From: Malacoraja senta
Lineage: Eukaryota
DNA length: 64,000 nucleotides
Direction of reading: 5' to 3'
Assembly (NCBI GenBank): GCA_038087875.1
Contig: CM075985.1
Span: 40,610,001 to 40,674,000 of the forward strand
Shown: positions 63,601-64,000 of the stretch, piece after piece
Layout: each line of letters begins with the position of its first letter
Position numbering within the stretch: position 1 is the first letter of the stretch
Translations under genes and position numbers: made by a program
The notes under the pieces: model-generated
Seen by the model: the letters and a program-made list of their open reading frames with translations, nothing else
The model's database searches: none
What the model was told of the DNA's origin: nothing

Positions 63601-64000
63601 ATGCAGGACGATAGGCAAATAAAGAATGGAGGAATCACATTCTGTAGTTGGAATATAAGGGGTGCCAATGAACCAATAAAGAGGGGTAACATTTTTGCTC
63701 ACCTAAAATCTTTGAAAAGCGACATAATCTACTTGCAAGAAACTCACATGAAACAGGAAACACAAATGAGATTAAAGGCGAAGTGGATAGGCCAAACATA
63801 TTATTCGTCATTTACTTCTAAATCTAGAGGTACGGCTATTCTTATTCGAAAAGGTATACCGCTCAAATTAAAGAATACTATATCAGATAAAGAGGGAAGG
63901 TATATTATAGTTTCGGGAGAAATTTATGCTACCCCAATAACTATGGTAAATATTTACGCTCCGAATTTTGATAACCCTCAATTTTTTGAGAAAATTATAG
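63601..64000 (+). CDS. L1 ORF2p N-terminus (APE endonuclease), incomplete
   Basis: MQDDRQIKNGGITFCSWNIRG...DIIYLQETH...SKSRGTAIL...DKEGRYIIV...VNIYAPN; open to the window end. Confidence 0.9.
   Translation, partial: MQDDRQIKNGGITFCSWNIRGANEPIKRGNIFAHLKSLKSDIIYLQETHMKQETQMRLKAKWIGQTYYSSFTSKSRGTAILIRKGIPLKLKNTISDKEGRYIIVSGEIYATPITMVNIYAPNFDNPQFFEKII

Larger units (their letters stand above)
61501..64000 (+). mobile_element. L1-clade LINE, intact-looking 5' portion (runs off the window)
   Basis: Short 5' UTR, ORF1, a 925-nt spacer and the ORF2 start; 5' boundary approximate. Confidence 0.9.

Overview
Repeat-rich vertebrate genomic DNA, inferred from its gene and repeat content to be a cartilaginous fish (probably a skate or ray), with seven N gaps. 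Host genes: (1) the 3' part of a non-classical MHC class I-like gene on + (alpha2 exon 4586-4860, alpha3 13410-13676, TM 16910-17017, cytoplasmic 21329-21369). The alpha1 and leader exons were not found and probably lie upstream. Alpha2 carries a 1-nt frameshift and the tail ends in a CD1-like YxxPhi motif (YKTI). (2) Two divergently oriented, two-exon, disabled class A GPCR genes of the GPR139/GPR142-like type (minus strand 47656->36164; plus strand about 56015->59309). Mobile DNA dominates: a Ty3/Gypsy LTR element with identical visible LTRs (37742-42512+), a second partial copy inserted in a non-autonomous Helitron, L1, CR1, Penelope, Rex1, RTE-X and HERO-like fragments, tRNA-derived SINEs, MITEs and a solo LTR. 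Two duplications: a 2,883-bp-period intronic tandem duplication with a templated junction, and a gap-bounded 4.1-kb duplication that may be two haplotypes differing by a Gypsy insertion. Penelope termini carry minimal hammerhead-ribozyme-like cores. All alignments, translations across frameshifts and family names were done by eye or from recall; no database searches were run.
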